Part shown: positions 18,061-27,373 of the stretch, piece by piece
How the letters are laid out: each line of letters begins with the position of its first letter
Position numbering within the stretch: the stretch's first letter is position 1
Source: a virus
Taxonomy: Duplodnaviria > Caudoviricetes
DNA length: 56,405 nt
Strand: one strand, 5' to 3'
Virus record (IMG/VR): IMGVR_UViG_3300037714_000226
Span: 1 to 56,405 of that record
Translations under genes and position numbers: made by a program
The notes under the pieces: generated by a model
What the model was told of the DNA's origin: nothing
The model's database searches: none
The model's input: the letters and a program-made list of their open reading frames with translations, nothing else

Positions 18061-19085
18061 GCCGCGCCCTCTTCTTCGTCGATGGTCTGCATCAGAGCGT
18101 CAACGTGCTGAAGACCGAACACCACATCCAACGAATCAGACGCTACCGCGATGACGCGCAACCCGAACGCTCTCTCGAACGCTGCCAGTGTCTCATTGCG
18201 GAGATTCGCCGAGTGCTTGCGAACGTTCTCGGCAATGGTTGTGCTGTGGAAAGCGAGAAACCCAGTCGCGACGAAGTCGAGTAGGTAACCCTTGGCGTCG
18301 TGGTTCTTCTCTTTCTCCGTGTTCGTCTTCTGATCATCGACGAAGAAGCTGGCACAGTTGCATGCCGCCTCGATATTCGTCTTCTGATCCTTGGTGAGCC
18401 TCACGGTCATGTTGCTTCGGATCTCTTTGTCTTCAGAGTCCGTGACAGGATCAGCGCCAACGTCGCCGAACACATCGACGCCATCAGAAACGGGATCCTT
18501 GTTGTCGGTGTGGCCATCATAGACAGCATTGCCTTGTCGGGCCTCACGGTCGGCCTGACGCTCCTCAGCTTCTGTTGACCGTCTGATGTCCTCTGTTTCC
18601 TGACGCTGTTTGTGTCGCTGTCGCTGAGCTTCCTTCGCGCGACGTACCTCGTCTTCCAAGGCGGCCACGGACATCTTCTGAGCCTTGTCGACCCATTTGT
18701 CGGCGTTCTTTTCGGTTACCACGTCAGTGAGTGCCGCGGCCTTCGATATCCCCAGAGGCTTGACCTTGTCGAAGACCGCGCTGTTTCCCAACTCCAGCGC
18801 GAAGTACCGATAGATCTTCATCAGATACATCGCTTTGCGCCACTTGAAGGTGACCTCGTCGTCGACGTAGCTGCTGAAACTCTCGAACCCCCAGAGTTTG
18901 AACAACGCCTCCTTCTGGATCATGTGAAGGTGGCGACCTATTTCGAAGTAACTCTCGGCAACGTTGTCGCGAAGTTCAGTGACCCGCAGACGGATCTGAT
19001 CGGCAGCGACCTTTCTATCGTTCGATACCTGCGGAGGAGCAATGTTGCTCCCAGACACCGCTACTAGGTTCCCCTTTTTTCCCAT
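18057..19085 (-). CDS. Hypothetical protein, N-terminus resembling DUF3102-type helical proteins
   Basis: YFEIGRHLHMIQ...WGFESFSSYV...AMYLMKIY; central coiled coil. Confidence 0.7.
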   Translation of the reverse strand: MGKKGNLVAVSGSNIAPPQVSNDRKVAADQIRLRVTELRDNVAESYFEIGRHLHMIQKEALFKLWGFESFSSYVDDEVTFKWRKAMYLMKIYRYFALELGNSAVFDKVKPLGISKAAALTDVVTEKNADKWVDKAQKMSVAALEDEVRRAKEAQRQRHKQRQETEDIRRSTEAEERQADREARQGNAVYDGHTDNKDPVSDGVDVFGDVGADPVTDSEDKEIRSNMTVRLTKDQKTNIEAACNCASFFVDDQKTNTEKEKNHDAKGYLLDFVATGFLAFHSTTIAENVRKHSANLRNETLAAFERAFGLRVIAVASDSLDVVFGLQHVDALMQTIDEEEGAA

Positions 19086-19705
19086 AACTCCCGCGCCTCC
19101 TTCTCCTCAGCAACTGCTGTGTCAAACGTGTAGCGTGCTACGACGAACGAATCTGCCTCATGGTCGTTGGCTACGTCTACCCCGTAACCGTCTCTCACGA
19201 CTTTTGTGATGTTTTTTTTCCCGTCGGTTTTCGACCCGAACGAGCCGCCGTATCCCAAAACGTGCTTTCGTGATGCCTGAATAGCCACCGGACTCACGTA
19301 TATCGAACACGCGAGTCGAACTTGGGTTTTGATGGTGCCGCCGATCTCGCCAAGTTGATGCGCGTGATACCTGGCGTTGAAAGCGTAATCCTCAATGCCA
19401 ATGTGTTTGACCCGGAACTCTTTGATGCGCCCAACGATCTCGTTAGCGATGTAGATGAGGCGTTCTGTCTTCTGGGCGGAGCTAGCCTTTGGCTCGATCT
19501 CTGTCTTGATCGTCAGCGTCCGAATCACGAGACCCGCTTCGGTCAGGATCGTGATCCCGATGTTCTTCAACGAGAGGTCGATGCCCATGACGCGACCACT
19601 GCATCTCCAATTTGATGCACTCGCAGTCGCCAAACGGGAGCTTTCCGCCATGCGGACAAGCTGGGACAGGTCGGGTTTTGTCTTCGAGCGCTTCGCGGAG
19701 GTCAC
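19064..19705 (-). CDS. ruvC: RuvC-like Holliday junction resolvase
   Basis: MGIDLS, IGIEDY, LGEIGGTIK, NDHEADS; true start may be ATG 19651 or 19588; overlaps the upstream gene. Confidence 0.85.
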   Translation of the reverse strand: MTSAKRSKTKPDLSQLVRMAESSRLATASASNWRCSGRVMGIDLSLKNIGITILTEAGLVIRTLTIKTEIEPKASSAQKTERLIYIANEIVGRIKEFRVKHIGIEDYAFNARYHAHQLGEIGGTIKTQVRLACSIYVSPVAIQASRKHVLGYGGSFGSKTDGKKNITKVVRDGYGVDVANDHEADSFVVARYTFDTAVAEEKEARELWEKRGT

Positions 19706-20486
19706 GGATTTTCTTCTTCTCTCGCGTCATCAACTTCGTGTCAAACACCACCTCATGTTCGACCATCGCGTTACAGAACTTTTTCGCCCCTGGGTTGACG
19801 TAAATGAGTCTGCCCTTTCGAATATCGTAGGTGTCCATGTACCAGTGAAGTTGGATCACATCCTTTAGCCTCGGCTCATCGCGCAGGTAAAAAAGTGACG
19901 TGGTGGTCTTGAGATCGAAGAACTCCAGCGCCTGTGCCGGCAGCTTGAGAATCCCGTCGCACGGGCCACGCACCAACTCAGAGTAATTGCGACACCATGG
20001 TTCTTCGAATCTGAACGGGTCGAACTTGCTACTCTTGTACTCGCAGGTCTCACACGTCTCTGGCATGAGTACCGAATTCTTTGGAGTCACCGGTGACATC
20101 CACCCCTCAATGAGTTTCTCTGGTTTTCCTTTCTCGCTGTCTTTCGTGTGCAGATGGCCGCACTTCGGGCATCGCCATCCGCCGTACATCCACCCCATCG
20201 GGCCCATCCACAACTCTTGGAAGATGCGGTGAAACGCGGTCCCCCGATCGATTGCCCATCGCTGCTGAACGTCGAAGTTTTTGATCGCCATGCCGTAGCC
20301 CATTCGCCACGCCATGACATGCGCCTTTGGGCACAACGTCCCCATCGAAGACGCAGGCAACCAATCCCTGGGACCCGGAAGTGGTTTTTCACGAGATTCC
20401 GGAAGGAACTCGCAGAGAACATTGAAGAGTTTACTGTGATCCCGTTGGATCGCGTGCACCTCCTCGATGACGTCGAACAGACCCAC
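19482..20486 (-). CDS. Cas4/AddB-like PD-(D/E)XK exonuclease with an added Zn-ribbon
   Basis: ASSMGTLCPK, GTAFH, GPCDG, FDLKT, QLHWY; CPKC/CETC insert; C-terminal CPHG..CEC. Confidence 0.8.
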   Translation of the reverse strand: MGLFDVIEEVHAIQRDHSKLFNVLCEFLPESREKPLPGPRDWLPASSMGTLCPKAHVMAWRMGYGMAIKNFDVQQRWAIDRGTAFHRIFQELWMGPMGWMYGGWRCPKCGHLHTKDSEKGKPEKLIEGWMSPVTPKNSVLMPETCETCEYKSSKFDPFRFEEPWCRNYSELVRGPCDGILKLPAQALEFFDLKTTTSLFYLRDEPRLKDVIQLHWYMDTYDIRKGRLIYVNPGAKKFCNAMVEHEVVFDTKLMTREKKKIRDLREALEDKTRPVPACPHGGKLPFGDCECIKLEMQWSRHGHRPLVEEHRDHDPDRSGSRDSDADDQDRDRAKG

Positions 20487-21355
20487 TACGCCTTCTCTTT
20501 CATGACTCCGCGATAAACCAATCGACCGTGAATCGACTCAAGCACCCCTCGCGGAGATAGATCCGGCGGCTCCGCGATCAGCGCCTTGGCGTCATTCAGC
20601 GACGCCCTAACGGTCGTTGGGACATACGCGGTCACCTGACCATCCTCAACACCTATCACGTCCCACGGGCGCGGCTGCGTGCCATCGCGCATGTACGCGC
20701 GCAGTCGCACGAAAGCATCGGTATCGCCCATGGTCGTAGTGAGCCACAAAGCTACCTGATGCACAGTCACCGACTCCGAGATCGATGTCTTGAGCGATTC
20801 GTCCCAGGCCACTTCCCATAGCTTTTCGAGCGGGCGCTCGATACCGCGCCTCTTCAGATCTTCAAGCGCCGAGATCGTCGCACTAGCAGTCTCTCTCCAT
20901 TCACCACTGAGACAACGAGTGCCGCCGATCACCTCGCTTAGACTCATCTCGTCGATCGATGACACTATGTTGTCGTAAGCACCTCGAACCCAGTCATCAC
21001 CGGGTCGCTGCCCTTTCCACGTCGGCCGTTTTCCTAGCTCGATTTCACCGGCCTCGTTGGTGAGTTGATAGAAGCCGTCGCCGTTGGATTCGAAGATCTT
21101 CAAATCTCCGAACACCTTCTTGGCCCAGGCGTCATCAAGGAACTCTCTCACCTCACCTTTTTTGACGAGAGAGTCACGTAGAGCCTGAACACCAACCGCT
21201 TCGTTCTTCTGGCCTGCGTAGATGGCTTCGTGCTTCGACAGGCGTGTGAGATACGACCTGTACCGCTTCTCGATGCCTGGATCGTTCACAGGTCGTTCTT
21301 GATTTCGAGGCATTCCAAGAGCCACCTGATGACCGACAACGGCATCGCTACCCAA
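20486..21355 (-). CDS. Hypothetical protein
   Basis: Long ORF in operon; likely start GTG 21289 overlapping the upstream stop. Confidence 0.7.
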   Translation of the reverse strand: MGSDAVVGHQVALGMPRNQERPVNDPGIEKRYRSYLTRLSKHEAIYAGQKNEAVGVQALRDSLVKKGEVREFLDDAWAKKVFGDLKIFESNGDGFYQLTNEAGEIELGKRPTWKGQRPGDDWVRGAYDNIVSSIDEMSLSEVIGGTRCLSGEWRETASATISALEDLKRRGIERPLEKLWEVAWDESLKTSISESVTVHQVALWLTTTMGDTDAFVRLRAYMRDGTQPRPWDVIGVEDGQVTAYVPTTVRASLNDAKALIAEPPDLSPRGVLESIHGRLVYRGVMKEKA

Positions 21356-21804
21356 TCTGACTCTGCTTTCGTTCCGTAGATTCCAGAAAGACGCTCCATG
21401 ACATGATCATCGAACTGGACAGCTAACGCAGGTCTGGCGTTCTCCTCGTTGGCTTCACGCGTGATCTTGGTCAGCCACTCAGCCTGAAGACCAATACTCG
21501 CCTTGCCCTCTACCCTTTTGTTTTCGACGAGTAGCCGGAAATCAACGATGTCGGCGAGCACGTCGCCCTTCGCTCTTGGATCAGATCCAGAACCACGACG
21601 TCGACGACCACCGATAGCTAGCGCAACCTTTTCCTCATGCGCTTTCGGCTTCTTCTGATGAACACGTTTCTTCTTCTTCCCCGCCTCACTGGCACGGTGT
21701 TTTCTTAGCCGATCCTTCTTCGCTTTCGAATCGAAGTAACTCGACGCATCAACGTTTTCATCGTCGGTGCGAAGCAGGTTCGGTTTCGTTTTCGGACCAA
21801 TCAC
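21286..21804 (-). CDS. Hjc-like PD-(D/E)XK resolvase/nuclease
   Basis: HEEKVA..GGRRRRGSGS...KGDV...LVENK...WLTKITREA. Confidence 0.8.
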   Translation of the reverse strand: MIGPKTKPNLLRTDDENVDASSYFDSKAKKDRLRKHRASEAGKKKKRVHQKKPKAHEEKVALAIGGRRRRGSGSDPRAKGDVLADIVDFRLLVENKRVEGKASIGLQAEWLTKITREANEENARPALAVQFDDHVMERLSGIYGTKAESDWVAMPLSVIRWLLECLEIKNDL

Positions 21805-21813
21805 AACACACCC

Positions 21814-23367
21814 CTACGACGGCGTAGCTTCCATCTCCAGCCTCAGAAGAACGTCGCGGATCGTCCGGTACAACTCCGGGTCGTCCCGCAAATCGTTGGC
21901 GATGGCAGACTGTGATGTGTATTCACGATCACCGAGTTTGTAGACCTTCTTGGACCCGCTCTTGTCCTGCTCGACAAGCCTTGCGAGAGCGAGTTTGGTG
22001 ATGCGTTCGTGATCAAGAACGGTACCCGCTGGGTATGCTGAGGAGTCACGTGTTGACTGACGATAGTTGCCACGTGTTTTGAGCATGCCTCCGGCTTTGC
22101 TTTTGGTGACCTCGAAGTGCAACTCTTCCCACACGTTGACCTGGATGATCTCGTTCTTCGAGCCGTACTGGTCCTCTGACGTCTCTGTCTTGCCGTGCCA
22201 GAACTTCACCTCATGGACGACCTGAAAACCCTGCCCGAGCCCGCCAGGCATCGTTGCTGGGCTTCCGAACATCACGCCGATCTTCACTCGCTCCTGGTTG
22301 ATCCAGATCTGGGTGAGTGGCCTCAAGCCGAAGCGTTTTGAGTTCAGCATGTGCTGATTCCAACGCCTGATCGCCTTGTTCATCAGTCTAGCCATGAGAC
22401 CCTGTTGCCAATCGGTCGCGCTGCCCTCCAACTCAGCCGTTGGGGTCAACGTAGCAATTGAATCCAAGACCTGAAGATCGACCTCCATCGTGGCCAACAG
22501 TGCCGCGATCAGATCGATGGCTTCCTCGGCCGACTCTGGATGCGTCAGATAGAGACGCTTCACGTTCACGCCGAGTTTCTGGATCCACTCCAGGTCAAGC
22601 GTGTTCTCCATGTCGACCCAATTGACGATGACCTCTTCGTAGCTGTTGAGCAGGCTGAGTTTCCATGCCTCCACAGCTTCACGGTGTGCCTTGCTGTTGA
22701 TCGGCACCATCTTATCGAGGTACCCCCATGCAACAAGCGTCTCTCGATCCGGGTCTTCCGGGTCGTAGAGTGGCGACCCTTCGAACTCTGGGTTTGGGTT
22801 CAGATCGACGTGACAGCCACACCACCCTTTGGCTATCCACCGACCATCAACATTTTCGGGGTCCGGGATCGACTCGACCTCGCCGCCGAGGTGAAGAACC
22901 ACTGCGTAGATCTTAGTTCCACCGTCGATCTTTTCGTAGACCGCGTTGGTAGAGATCCCGATCTTGGTTAACTCGTATCCCTCCGCTGCCAATTCAGCGT
23001 GTGCCTCGGTTCGGTCCCAGGTCTTGTCTGTCGAGACTTCGATATCGACTGGCAACTTGTGACTGATGAGTCCCCGATAAATCGTCCAAGAATCCTTGTG
23101 GGCCCTTCGCCAGCAGTTGCGACAAAGCTTCTGAGCGATGCCACAGATACGAGCTGCTGACGTTGTCTTCCCGCCCGACTTGTTACCCCAGAACATCGTG
23201 ACGCCGCCCACGCGAATACCGCCACCCAACCGGTGATCCATGTCGAACGTTCCGGTCGGAATGACTCGCTTTGGAAGAGCTGCCATGTCAGCTCTCTGGA
23301 TGGCCTTGATGTTGCTCTTCGCGAGAATATCGATCGCAACTTTTAGTTTAGGGCGCCTCCTCATCAT
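21814..23367 (-). CDS. recA: RecA recombinase with a 160-aa insertion
   Basis: IPTGTFDMD..LGGGI, GNKSGGKTT, VDMENTLD, VLDSIATL, GLMARLMNKA, INQERVKIGVMFGSPATMPGG. Confidence 0.93.
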   Translation of the reverse strand: MMRRRPKLKVAIDILAKSNIKAIQRADMAALPKRVIPTGTFDMDHRLGGGIRVGGVTMFWGNKSGGKTTSAARICGIAQKLCRNCWRRAHKDSWTIYRGLISHKLPVDIEVSTDKTWDRTEAHAELAAEGYELTKIGISTNAVYEKIDGGTKIYAVVLHLGGEVESIPDPENVDGRWIAKGWCGCHVDLNPNPEFEGSPLYDPEDPDRETLVAWGYLDKMVPINSKAHREAVEAWKLSLLNSYEEVIVNWVDMENTLDLEWIQKLGVNVKRLYLTHPESAEEAIDLIAALLATMEVDLQVLDSIATLTPTAELEGSATDWQQGLMARLMNKAIRRWNQHMLNSKRFGLRPLTQIWINQERVKIGVMFGSPATMPGGLGQGFQVVHEVKFWHGKTETSEDQYGSKNEIIQVNVWEELHFEVTKSKAGGMLKTRGNYRQSTRDSSAYPAGTVLDHERITKLALARLVEQDKSGSKKVYKLGDREYTSQSAIANDLRDDPELYRTIRDVLLRLEMEATPS

Positions 23368-23717
23368 CAGATCGGGGCGCCTTTCTTGCTTCCGCCACCA
23401 CCCTTGACGCGACCAACCTCCTTCGTGACACGCGCCTCACAGAAATCGGCGGCCCATTGGTCCGCCAAGTGGATGTCCTCGACGTAGCATGGCACCTGAA
23501 CCGATACGTCGATCCTGGCCGATTCGTAATTCCCGAGGTTGAGTGTCATCCCATAGCTGCGGCGCACGATCGCTGGAGTGGTCTCGAACTTTTTCATCTC
23601 CAGGTGCTCTGACGTGTCGGTGATGATCTTCCCCTCGCCGTTACCACGCACGAAGCGATGGTTGACAGTGAGCATCACCGGTTTGTCCTGTGCCTGGCTT
23701 CTCTCGTCGTCTGACAT
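23367..23717 (-). CDS. Conserved phage hypothetical protein
   Basis: GMTLNLGNYESARIDV motif; SD AGGAGG; coupled to recA. Confidence 0.8.
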   Translation of the reverse strand: MSDDERSQAQDKPVMLTVNHRFVRGNGEGKIITDTSEHLEMKKFETTPAIVRRSYGMTLNLGNYESARIDVSVQVPCYVEDIHLADQWAADFCEARVTKEVGRVKGGGGSKKGAPI

Positions 23718-23731
23718 CTAGCCTCCTGCTT

Positions 23732-24304
23732 CTACTCGTCTTCTTCGACCGGATGGAGTTTCACCCACCGGCCATGCTTCTTGCCATGTGTCTCTTCGAG
23801 AATCGCCGCGAGGTCTCCCTCGCGATCGAACGGAATCCCCATCTTTCTCCACTCGTCACTGATGCGGCCTAGCATCTGCTCATCGACCGGGAAGAGACGA
23901 CGCCGATCTCCGACCTCATTCCGGATCGCCATCATCATCCCGCGGCTGTAGAGTCGGTAGCCTCGTGTATCCCGGAACGGCGTCTCTGGCACGATGCCCT
24001 TGTTCTCCCAGTGGGAGATCGACTGAGCGCTTCGACCAATGAAAGAGGAGAAGACACCCACTGAGTAGAGTTTGATGGTGCCGCCGTCACCGGTCTTGTA
24101 CGATTTCGCCGACCCCAACCGGTGAACCCTGACGCGACCCTTCTTCCGCCTCTTCTCACGGTACTTCTTCGAGGAGTCGAGCGACCGAGAGCGATACTCA
24201 TTGTCCTCCTGATACCGATCTCGTCGCTTGCGGTTGATCTCGTCCTTGTTTTTTTTGTAGTACCGACGGAAGTAGTCGGGATCACCCTTTTCGGGATTGG
24301 TCAT
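23732..24304 (-). CDS. MerR-type HTH DNA-binding protein
   Basis: YSVGVFSSFIGRSAQSISHWENKGIVP...RGYRLYS; basic N-terminus; SD AGGAG. Confidence 0.8.
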   Translation of the reverse strand: MTNPEKGDPDYFRRYYKKNKDEINRKRRDRYQEDNEYRSRSLDSSKKYREKRRKKGRVRVHRLGSAKSYKTGDGGTIKLYSVGVFSSFIGRSAQSISHWENKGIVPETPFRDTRGYRLYSRGMMMAIRNEVGDRRRLFPVDEQMLGRISDEWRKMGIPFDREGDLAAILEETHGKKHGRWVKLHPVEEDE

Positions 24305-24330
24305 ACGCTCGCTCTCCTATTACTCTCGTC

Positions 24331-24359
24331 ATTTTGAGCGTATGGTTTGCGTTTGTCAA
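24331..24359 (-). promoter_or_regulatory. Sigma70-like promoter, TTGACWADCG family
   Basis: TTGACA-N17-CAAAAT; -35 region TTGACAAACGC. Confidence 0.65.
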
Positions 24360-26314
24360 GTATCGCCGGCAACCCTGGCCCCAATGTCGTTGTAGAAGGC
24401 CAATCGGTATCGTTTTCGCTTCCTGGCCATAGGGATATAGACATCGACGATGTCGGTCAGAATGGGATCTGGCTTTCCCTGGCACCTGTCCGCTCGCCAA
24501 GCGCAGTAGTGCTGACAGTCCTTCGGTCCCATCTCACCACCGAAGCGCTCAGGTGTACACCATCGCCTGATTCGGCCAGCCGTCTGTTCGATATCGGAAA
24601 CAGGTGATGCAAGGATTTCGGTGTCAATGGCCGGGATATCCACGCCTTCGCTGCACATCTGAAACGTAGCGAAGATCACACGAGCCTGTTCGGCCTCGAA
24701 CAACTCTTCTTCGGTCACGGTCTTGGTCTTCTGCTTGGCCTTGGTCTGGGCGATGTCGTAGTCCCTTGCGAGCGCAATGAGTTGCTTTCCAGAGAGAACC
24801 TCAAGAACCCGAGGCGAGTAATCATGAAGGTAGAGTTGGACCTCGTGTGACTCGATGTGCACATCTTCTGAGTCTTCGTTCTGATACATCCACTCTCCAC
24901 GCCGTCCGCAGTTTCCCTTCCATAACTGTGGCGCTCGCGGCTTGGGCCCAACCCTGCTCCTGATTGCTTCGTCGTCGGCGTCGAGTCGAGTCACGTGTTT
25001 GCCATTGGCCTTCTGTCGGCGAAAGTGCCGATAGATGATCTCAATGGCTTCGTTGTATTCCTCCGTGGTTAGGTCTTTCGTGGACTTCAACGAAAGCGTG
25101 GTCTCGCCAGTGAACCACTCGCCTACGTAAAACCCTGTAGAGAAGTCTTCGATCCCCTCCGCCTCGGCCTGTTCTCTGATCAGTCGCTCAAGCGTCTGGA
25201 GTTGTTCGAGACGCTCGCTGACGATGAAGAGTTTCCGGCCGTTTGAAGCACGAAGCGCCTTCATGGCCTCGTCGGCGATCATCGCGTTTCGTCTCTTCAT
25301 CTTCGTCATGATGTTGATGACGATCGATGGGATAGCTCCTTCATCGGAGAGGATCCCGTCACCAGCTCTGATACCTGTTTCGATCACTCGCACCGATGGC
25401 ACAGGGGTTACGGTTTTTGCGTCGTAGAGGATGTCTCCAATCGACCACCAGAAGACATCGGCGGCGCCGTCTTTACGCCTCGGCGTGGCCGTCAGTCCAA
25501 TGCGGTATTTGGCTGGGAACAGAGCTGCCACGGGACTCCATGTGAGCGCTCCAAGACGATGAACCTCGTCCACGGCTAGTACACCCGGGTATTCGTAAAA
25601 GGCCGCGGGGTAGCGCCTGATGCCGTTTTCACCCTCCAACGCAAGTGACTGGGTCATCGCGATTACGAAGTCGCACCCTTCGAAATCGCACTGATCACCC
25701 TGAACGATCCCGATCTTGGCCTGTGGAAGGAATTTGCTGATCCGCCTGACCCACTGTCGCAGCAGGAACTCTTTGTGGACCACAATGACCACGGCGCGGC
25801 CGAGTCTATGAAAGAGGGCGAGTGCGGCGTTGGTTTTGCCGAAGCCAGTGTCGCCCCTCAGTACGCCTCCTAGGCGCTTACCAGCGTCGATCTCACACCT
25901 GCTGATGTACTCGCTGCTACCTCCCATCGCAATGGCGTCGAAACCCTCTTGAGCGAGCCTATCGTGCGCCTTGTACCAACCCTCGAACGCCGAGATGGCA
26001 TCGGCCTGTTCGGCGTACTTTCCCTCCTGACGAAGCAGACACTCGATGTTGTTCATCGGCTCGCCGATCGAGTACCGCCAGACGACGCTGTTTCCTTTTT
26101 TCTCCGATGCAGTGTCGAAGAAGTAGCGTCTCGGGATCCCAAATCGGTTGTGATCACGATCCTCGACAAAGGTGTCGATGGGTTCGGTTGGTGCGTCGTC
26201 GAAGACCTTGTACTTCTTCGGCACAATTCGAAGATCGCGCTTCAAGTAATCGACGCCGTCCTTGCCTAGGCCATCCCAGGGCAACCACGCCATCCCCGAT
26301 ATCTCAATCCTCAC
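24356..26314 (-). CDS. SF2 DExH helicase (UvsW/Rad25-like)
   Basis: GDTGFGKT, VDEVH, GLTATPRRKDG, SEGVDIP, EQTAGRIRR; likely start GTG 26314 with SD AGGTG (track start 26416 falls in the palindrome). Confidence 0.9.
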   Translation of the reverse strand: MRIEISGMAWLPWDGLGKDGVDYLKRDLRIVPKKYKVFDDAPTEPIDTFVEDRDHNRFGIPRRYFFDTASEKKGNSVVWRYSIGEPMNNIECLLRQEGKYAEQADAISAFEGWYKAHDRLAQEGFDAIAMGGSSEYISRCEIDAGKRLGGVLRGDTGFGKTNAALALFHRLGRAVVIVVHKEFLLRQWVRRISKFLPQAKIGIVQGDQCDFEGCDFVIAMTQSLALEGENGIRRYPAAFYEYPGVLAVDEVHRLGALTWSPVAALFPAKYRIGLTATPRRKDGAADVFWWSIGDILYDAKTVTPVPSVRVIETGIRAGDGILSDEGAIPSIVINIMTKMKRRNAMIADEAMKALRASNGRKLFIVSERLEQLQTLERLIREQAEAEGIEDFSTGFYVGEWFTGETTLSLKSTKDLTTEEYNEAIEIIYRHFRRQKANGKHVTRLDADDEAIRSRVGPKPRAPQLWKGNCGRRGEWMYQNEDSEDVHIESHEVQLYLHDYSPRVLEVLSGKQLIALARDYDIAQTKAKQKTKTVTEEELFEAEQARVIFATFQMCSEGVDIPAIDTEILASPVSDIEQTAGRIRRWCTPERFGGEMGPKDCQHYCAWRADRCQGKPDPILTDIVDVYIPMARKRKRYRLAFYNDIGARVAGDT

Positions 26315-26328
26315 GAAACACCTGCCGA

Positions 26329-26388
26329 TAAAAAGATGCCTCCGGGGTCCGTCCAGTGAGGGGAAGGGGAGGACGAGACCCCGGAGGC
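26329..26388 (-). terminator. Strong hairpin with U tail between ssb and helicase
   Basis: GCCTCCGGGGTC...GACCCCGGAGGC 12-bp stem plus inner CGTCC/GGACG, followed by ATCTTTTT. Confidence 0.7.
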
Positions 26389-26400
26389 TATTGCCACCCA

Positions 26401-26416
26401 GTGCAGACGTCTGCAC
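26401..26416. repeat. 16-bp palindrome GTGCAGACGTCTGCAC, copy 3
   Basis: Exact copy, 15 nt downstream of the ssb stop. Confidence 0.97.
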
Positions 26417-26431
26417 AAGGCGCGGCAGATT

Positions 26432-27274
26432 TCAGTAGGGAACGTCGTCTTCGACAGGATCGGCACCCTTGCCGCTGTCGTCGTCGTCGCTGAAGTTGCT
26501 CTTGTCGTCGACCTCGTAGCCGCCGCCCTGGCTGAACATGGCGTTCAGATCGGACAGGGATTTCGGCTGGATCTTTTGGTCCCAGTCCCATGGCTCCCAC
26601 GGATGCCACTCCAGAAGCTTCTCGACCGTGACCTGTTTGTCCTGGCTGAGTTTCGAGTTGCGTCTCTCCGCGTACGCGTTCATCTGCTCCATGCAGTAGG
26701 TCTTGATCTTGTCTGGCTCGATCTTCGTGACGAGATCGAACTCCGATCCACAGACCTCTGTCATCTTGCCAGGCCGCTCGACGTCGAAGATGAGACCACG
26801 CAATCGACCGTGTTTTTCACGGAGTTTGCGAAGCTTCACGAGAACGCCCGGCTTGTCCTTGCCGCCGAGTTTCGCTGCGAAGATCTTTCGAGTGAAGCAA
26901 TACTCGACGTTGGTCTTCTTCGCGAAGAACGGGGTCATGACAATGACCGTGTGCAACCCGATGAAGTAGGGGTACTTGCCCTCGATCTTTTCGCACGGAG
27001 GACAATCACCACCGTACTGCTTCTTGAGGGCCTTGTTCCTGGCGAGACAGACTTCCAGGTGCCGGAAGTCACCCTTGTAGCTGAACTGGTGCTCCCAGAA
27101 CGACGCCGGCTCGTCGTCGAGGAACAGCAGCCTTTTGGTGCATTCCGCTGCGGTGAGGTTCTTCTTCGGATCTGGCCATGGAATGAAGAAGCGTTCGTTC
27201 TTCTTGCCGTCGTCGAACGAGACGTCGTCCCATGCTGATTCGGTTGCGTCGTATCCGGTGTTGTACCACGACAT
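26432..27274 (-). CDS. Single-stranded DNA-binding protein, gp32-like
   Basis: RFFI, LFLDDEP..FWEH, C...CPPC metal ligands, acidic tail ending DDVPY; located in the replication cluster. Confidence 0.75.
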   Translation of the reverse strand: MSWYNTGYDATESAWDDVSFDDGKKNERFFIPWPDPKKNLTAAECTKRLLFLDDEPASFWEHQFSYKGDFRHLEVCLARNKALKKQYGGDCPPCEKIEGKYPYFIGLHTVIVMTPFFAKKTNVEYCFTRKIFAAKLGGKDKPGVLVKLRKLREKHGRLRGLIFDVERPGKMTEVCGSEFDLVTKIEPDKIKTYCMEQMNAYAERRNSKLSQDKQVTVEKLLEWHPWEPWDWDQKIQPKSLSDLNAMFSQGGGYEVDDKSNFSDDDDSGKGADPVEDDVPY

Positions 27275-27373
27275 TTCTCAATACCTTTCCCTCCCCTCTC
27301 TTCCGTGCTCACTCTTGGAGTACGATTAGGGGATAACTTGTCTAGTCTTTCTTACCCCGTGAAATATGAGTGG

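Noticed and set aside
19482-20486. Cas4-like nuclease as sign of a CRISPR system
   Set aside because: No repeat-spacer array or other cas genes; context is recombination
22645-23124. RecA insertion as an eleventh intein
   Set aside because: Cys start and Asn-Ser end fit, but no block A, TxxH block B or block F/G pattern; kept only as a domain insertion
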